Shown: piece after piece, positions 45,401-50,067 of the stretch
Numbering within the stretch: the stretch's first letter is position 1
Layout of the letters: every line of letters begins with the position of its first letter
From: Ruminiclostridium sp.
GTDB taxonomy: Bacteria; Bacillota; Clostridia; Oscillospirales; Ruminococcaceae
Assembly: GCA_045579125.1 (NCBI GenBank)
Contig: JAZNLN010000185.1
Span: 1-50,067 of the forward strand
Reading direction: 5' to 3'
Length of the DNA stretch: 50,067 nt
Notes under the pieces: generated by a model
What the model was told of the DNA's origin: nothing
Databases searched by the model: none
Seen by the model: the letters and a program-made list of their open reading frames with translations, nothing else
Program-made: the position numbers and the translations under genes

Positions 45401-47827
45401 TCAGTTTATTGCCGTCCGTGTCTGTCTGCGTGTCTTTTTTACGGCGGCGTCGGCGGCAGGCTTTTTCACCGTCCGCTTGCTCTTATGCTCAACAGGCTTT
45501 ACAAGTGCGGTGTCAAGCACTGTGCGGATATTTTCCGCCGTAACAAAGCTGATATTATTCCTTACAACCTCATCAATTTCGGATATGTCGGCATAGTTTT
45601 CTTTGGGAATGATTACTGTTTTTATGCCCGCCTTGTAAGCCGCCATAGCCTTTTCACGGAGCCCGCCTATCGCAAGCACCTTGCCATGCAGTGTAATCTC
45701 GCCCGTCATTGCCACTCCCGCCTTTACAGGCATGCCCGAAAGAGCCGACACGAGCGCCGTCGTCATGGTTACACCCGCAGACGGACCGTCCTTGGGAACT
45801 GCGCCCTCGGGAGCGTGTATATGCAGGTCCTTGTTCTTGTAGAATTCCTTATCTATTGAATACTCGTCCGCAAGACTGCGAACAAGGCTTACGGCAATTT
45901 TGCTCGATTCCTTCATTACATCGCCGAGCGAGCCTGTGACCTCGGTTTTGCCCGTGCCGTCCATTACAAGCACCTCAAGCGGCATAAGCACGCCGCCCGC
46001 AGACGTCCACGCAAGACCGTTCACAACGCCTACCTCGTCCCGCTTTGAGGCGTCGTCGGGGAGATATTTCATAACCCCGAGGAAGTCGGAGATATTCGCC
46101 GCCGTAACATTTACCTTTGCTTCGCCCTCTACGAGTCTTTTTGCCGCTTTTCGGCAGACTGCGGCGATATTCTTTTCAAGACGGCGCACGCCTGCCTCCT
46201 TGGTGTAGCCGTCAATTACAGCGTACAGCGCCTTATCGTTTATGCTGACGGTCGATTTTGTTTCGCCGTGCTTTTTAAGCTGCTTTGGGAGAAGGTGTTT
46301 CTTTGCGATGTTGAATTTTTCTTCCCTCGTGTAGCTGCCGAGCTCAATTATTTCCATTCTGTCAAGCAGAGGTGCGGGGATTGTATCCGTCGTGTTTGCG
46401 GTCGTGATAAAAAGTACGTCCGAAAGGTCAACGGGTATTTCAAAATAATGGTCGGTAAAGCTTACGTTCTGCTCGGGGTCAAGCACCTCAAGCATAGCCG
46501 ATGCAGGGTCGCCTTTATAATCGCTTCCCATTTTGTCTATCTCGTCCAGCACAATTACGGGATTCATCGACTTCGCCTGTTTGATAGCGTTGATTATTCT
46601 TCCCGGCATTGCGCCTATGTATGTCTTTCTGTGGCCTCGTATTTCCGCTTCATCATGCACGCCGCCAAGAGAAATGCGGGCGTACTTTCTTCCGAGCGCC
46701 TCCGAAATCGAACGTCCGATAGAGGTCTTGCCCACGCCCGGAGGTCCGACAAGACAGATAATCTGCCCCTTCAGCTCGGGATTAAGAACACGCACCGACA
46801 GCGTTTCAAGAATACGCTCCTTGACCTTTTTAAGACCGTAGTGGTCCTTGTCAAGCTGTTTTTCGGCGTCGGGAATGCTGTCAGAATCTGTGGTATACAC
46901 ATTCCACGGCATTTCAAGTATCGAATCAAGGTACGACTTTACAACCGCATATTCCTGCGAGGTTGACGACTGCTTCATCATTCTTTCAACCTCTCGTGTG
47001 AGCTTTTCGGTCACGTCCTCGGAAAAGCCTATTTCCTCGATACGGTCAAGATATTCGTAGCCCTCCTCGGTCGGGTCGTCGCTTCCGTTGCCGAGCTGTC
47101 GGGAAATAACCTTGAGCTGCTCACGCAGATAGTACTCACGCTGGTTTCTGTCAACCGCCTCCTTGACCTCGTCCTGGATATTCAATTCCAGCCTCATTAC
47201 GTCAATCTCGTTGGCAAGTATCGTAATAATCAGCTTTACTCTCGCCTCAATGTCAAGCGTTTCAAGGATTTCCTGTCTGTCCTCAAGCTTCATGAAAACA
47301 TTGAACGTTATGATGTCCGACATCTTCACAACGTCCTTTTCGGACACAATACTGTCGTAAAGCGAATCGGGCATTTTGGGCGCATACTGGCAGTACTCCC
47401 TGAACTTTGCGGAGAGCATTCTGCAAAGAGCCTGCTGCTCGGAGGAATCAAGCGTGCATTCGGGCTCCTTTATTTCCGCAACTCTCGCCGTGAAGTGCGG
47501 CTCGGAGCTGACGAGCTCGTTTGCGCAGGCACGTCCCACGCCCTCAACCAGCACTCTCGTCACATTGTCGGGGGTTTTCAGTATCTGGCGCACTTCTGCG
47601 ATTACGCCGAGTTCATATATATCGTCAAGGGTCATGTTATCCTGATTTTCCCTGTACGGGTCACGCTGTGCGGTCAGGAAAATACGCTTGTCGTTTTTTG
47701 CCGCCTCTTTAAGAGCCTTTATTGATTTTTCCCTGCCTACGTCGAAATGCAGCACCATACGGGGAAAAATAACCAGACCACGCATAAGCAGAGCAGGTAA
47801 TATGATGTCACTTTTCTTTTTTCTCAT
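45401..47827 (-). CDS. lon: ATP-dependent Lon protease
   Basis: GPPGVGKTS, HRKTYIGAMPG, LDEIDK, PKDGPSAG catalytic Ser, IGGLREK catalytic Lys; promoter TTGATT-N17-TATAAT at 47931-47903. Confidence 0.97.
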   Translation of the reverse strand: MRKKKSDIILPALLMRGLVIFPRMVLHFDVGREKSIKALKEAAKNDKRIFLTAQRDPYRENQDNMTLDDIYELGVIAEVRQILKTPDNVTRVLVEGVGRACANELVSSEPHFTARVAEIKEPECTLDSSEQQALCRMLSAKFREYCQYAPKMPDSLYDSIVSEKDVVKMSDIITFNVFMKLEDRQEILETLDIEARVKLIITILANEIDVMRLELNIQDEVKEAVDRNQREYYLREQLKVISRQLGNGSDDPTEEGYEYLDRIEEIGFSEDVTEKLTREVERMMKQSSTSQEYAVVKSYLDSILEMPWNVYTTDSDSIPDAEKQLDKDHYGLKKVKERILETLSVRVLNPELKGQIICLVGPPGVGKTSIGRSISEALGRKYARISLGGVHDEAEIRGHRKTYIGAMPGRIINAIKQAKSMNPVIVLDEIDKMGSDYKGDPASAMLEVLDPEQNVSFTDHYFEIPVDLSDVLFITTANTTDTIPAPLLDRMEIIELGSYTREEKFNIAKKHLLPKQLKKHGETKSTVSINDKALYAVIDGYTKEAGVRRLEKNIAAVCRKAAKRLVEGEAKVNVTAANISDFLGVMKYLPDDASKRDEVGVVNGLAWTSAGGVLMPLEVLVMDGTGKTEVTGSLGDVMKESSKIAVSLVRSLADEYSIDKEFYKNKDLHIHAPEGAVPKDGPSAGVTMTTALVSALSGMPVKAGVAMTGEITLHGKVLAIGGLREKAMAAYKAGIKTVIIPKENYADISEIDEVVRNNISFVTAENIRTVLDTALVKPVEHKSKRTVKKPAADAAVKKTRRQTRTAIN

Positions 47828-48000
47828 ATGTAATCATCCTTTCTATATGAGTTCGGTATTGCCGTGCAGGCACAGCAAAGCCGTATACTGCGACATTTTA
47901 ATATTATACTATATTTCATACAAAAAATCAACTGTTTTTTTCTTACGGTAAACTTAAACAGAATTGCACAGACGCTGATATACGCCTGTGCAATAAAAAA

Positions 48001-50067
48001 TCATATATTATCGTTGCGTAAACTATCCACAGGATTGTCACGCTTTATCTTGTGCATCGAATAGAGCATCGTCGCAAAAACGACAAGGAACACGCTCGCA
48101 AGCGCCGTCAGAACAGCCATCCACGGAATATTCAGACTTGTTTCAACGCCGTTGTTGACCGACATGTGTATAAGCAAAACGAACACAAGCGAAATAACAA
48201 CGCCGTAAACGGAGGATTTTATGCCGTAAAGTATGCATTCGTAATTCATCATCTTGTTCAGACCTCCGCTCGTCATTCCGACCGTGCGGAGCATTGCGAA
48301 CTCCCTGCGGCGGAGCATAAGTCCTGTCGAAATGGTATTGAACACGTTGGCAACGGAAATGAGAGAAATCAGAACGATAAAGCCGTAGGAGAATACACGG
48401 ATTATAAGTATAAGATTCCGTACCATAACCATATTTGAATAAAGGTCCTGTATATACCAGTTTCCCCAGCCGTTATCGTCAAGAATTATATTCAGCACAT
48501 CGGCGACCTGTGCGGAATTTTCGCCTGTTTCCAGCTGAATGACTACGTCAATATCATTGTCCTTGAAAACAGGATGCGTGCTGTGCGTTACATATGCGCT
48601 GAACGGAATGAATACCGTTATGCACGTCGCCTTGGATTCTAAAAATCCCGAAGGTTTTTCGGAAACTCCGATTATTTCCATTTCAAGCGAGCCGTCGTCG
48701 GAATTTATCGCAAATTTGTCTATATCGTTTCTGATTACAGGATAGTTCAGGAATTTATTTTCAGCGTAATCCCTGTAATCCACCGTAGTTCTTACGATAC
48801 AGGGCGAATCCGTGCTGTACGCTCCCGCTCCGCATTCAGCCGCAAGCTGTTCGAAATGCTCGTCGTCAATTATTTTGACGAGTGCCGTTTCGTCATACGC
48901 ATACGCACTGGGAACAAACCTCGAATCAAAATTTTCGGTTTTGTATCTGCTGTCAAAGGAATACGGGTATTCTTCGCCCAACACGAAACAACAGTCGGTT
49001 ATCCTGTCGTCAGATAATGTGGCTGCGGAGTATTCCGTGATACCGATTGCCTCCTCTGCATTATCGGCGGAGCACACCGCCAGAACGTCGCACGAATAGC
49101 TATAAACGCTTGTCACGCCTTCAGCAAGCGAGTCGCAGAATGCGCTCGCAACCACAAATAAAACTATGCTTATGGTAAGCGAGAAAATGGTCGCTCTGTA
49201 ACTACGTTTACTGCGCTTGTAATGCTTTGCGGCGATAATTCCCTCTATGCCGAAAAGCTTTTTTGTAAGCTTTGATACCTTGATGGGCTTTTTTGCCTTT
49301 TTTACATCGCCCGACTGCCGTATCGCCTCTATCGCAGTTATGCGTGCCGCTCTTGCGGCGGGAATCCATGCGGAAATAAGCACGGTCAACAGGCCGACTG
49401 CCGCCGCTATTATAATCGGCACCGCATCAACTACAAGCTCAAGCCTGTACGGCGTAACTACGTTTGTTATGGACGCAAATGCGTCGGAAAGGCACAGCAG
49501 AGTAACTCCTATTCCGCCGATACCCGAAACAATGCCGAGGGGTATGCCGATTGCCGAAAGCGTGAGCGCCTCTCCGATAACGCTTTTGCGTATCTGTCTG
49601 CGTGTAGCGCCGATTGAGGAAAGCAGACCGAACTGCTTTGTACGCTCGGTTACGGAAATGGAAAATGCATTATGAATGAGCGAAACGGAGCCAAGCATAA
49701 TAAGCGCAATAAGTATCGCCGCCATTGAATATATAACCGTCATAGCCGAATCGTTTCTCGAATAGCCGTTCATCATCAGCAGGTCGCTATGCTCGCCTAT
49801 ACGGTAGTCGCCGCCGAAGAAATCCGCCGCATTCTGCGAAGAAAAATCGAATATCTCCGATACGTTTTTAAGCGTATAGTACACGCCGCCCTCGCTGTAT
49901 TCCGCCGTGTCGTCGGGACCTGTAACGGCAGCCATGCCCGTCCACGGATGAAAAATATTGGAGGACTCGAAAAAGCCTGTAACGGTATAAGTTTTTTCAA
50001 CCGTATCCACAAGCGTTTCATTCTCGCTGACATAGTCAGAATCGGTAAGCGGCTCGCCGTCAAGCAC
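48001..50067 (-). CDS. Large FtsX-like ABC permease (5' end outside window)
   Basis: Duplicated FtsX motifs NAFSISVTERTKQFGLLSSIGAT and NTISTGLMLRRREFAMLRTVGMT. Confidence 0.9.
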   Translation of the reverse strand: MLDGEPLTDSDYVSENETLVDTVEKTYTVTGFFESSNIFHPWTGMAAVTGPDDTAEYSEGGVYYTLKNVSEIFDFSSQNAADFFGGDYRIGEHSDLLMMNGYSRNDSAMTVIYSMAAILIALIMLGSVSLIHNAFSISVTERTKQFGLLSSIGATRRQIRKSVIGEALTLSAIGIPLGIVSGIGGIGVTLLCLSDAFASITNVVTPYRLELVVDAVPIIIAAAVGLLTVLISAWIPAARAARITAIEAIRQSGDVKKAKKPIKVSKLTKKLFGIEGIIAAKHYKRSKRSYRATIFSLTISIVLFVVASAFCDSLAEGVTSVYSYSCDVLAVCSADNAEEAIGITEYSAATLSDDRITDCCFVLGEEYPYSFDSRYKTENFDSRFVPSAYAYDETALVKIIDDEHFEQLAAECGAGAYSTDSPCIVRTTVDYRDYAENKFLNYPVIRNDIDKFAINSDDGSLEMEIIGVSEKPSGFLESKATCITVFIPFSAYVTHSTHPVFKDNDIDVVIQLETGENSAQVADVLNIILDDNGWGNWYIQDLYSNMVMVRNLILIIRVFSYGFIVLISLISVANVFNTISTGLMLRRREFAMLRTVGMTSGGLNKMMNYECILYGIKSSVYGVVISLVFVLLIHMSVNNGVETSLNIPWMAVLTALASVFLVVFATMLYSMHKIKRDNPVDSLRNDNI

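Noticed and set aside
48022-48030. CTATCCACA, DnaA-box-like
   Set aside because: Single mismatched copy inside a CDS; no cluster.
1-50067. Mobile elements, prophage, defence systems, tRNA/rRNA
   Set aside because: No integrase, transposase, phage, Cas, toxin-antitoxin or structural-RNA signatures recognised; composition looks uniform apart from AT-rich promoter regions.

Overview
A ~50% GC chromosomal core segment from a spore-forming Clostridia-class Firmicute (Oscillospiraceae/Ruminococcus-like, judged from gene content and style). No mobile element, CRISPR array, tRNA or rRNA was seen. In order it contains: a TPP-riboswitch-controlled thiC-thiS-thiF-thiG-thiH operon (thiH is missed by the ORF track and runs off the left edge); scattered glycan/fucose genes (fucose-isomerase-like, GH35, GH95, GH2); a divergently split MacAB-type ABC system with an unannotated Cys-rich microprotein; a GT4 glycolipid glycosyltransferase coupled to a Zn-ribbon membrane protein that has a second paralogue in the window; spo0A; pgk-tpiA-gpmI; rpsT/gpr/spoIIP; a seven-gene polyamine operon with a ~300-nt structured, terminator-bearing leader; thiN, a MATE pump, a HAD phosphatase, yihA, lon and a partial FtsX-like permease. 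The main leads are: (1) a Spo0A whose phospho-acceptor Asp56 is Glu and whose conserved Lys is Arg, although its DNA-binding domain and upstream tandem 0A boxes are intact; (2) a candidate polyamine-sensing riboswitch/attenuator before speD; (3) a pair of uncharacterised Zn-ribbon/membrane paralogues; (4) a minimal, split MacAB system; (5) an apparent ACG start codon for thiN. All calls are from manual motif recognition; no database search was run.
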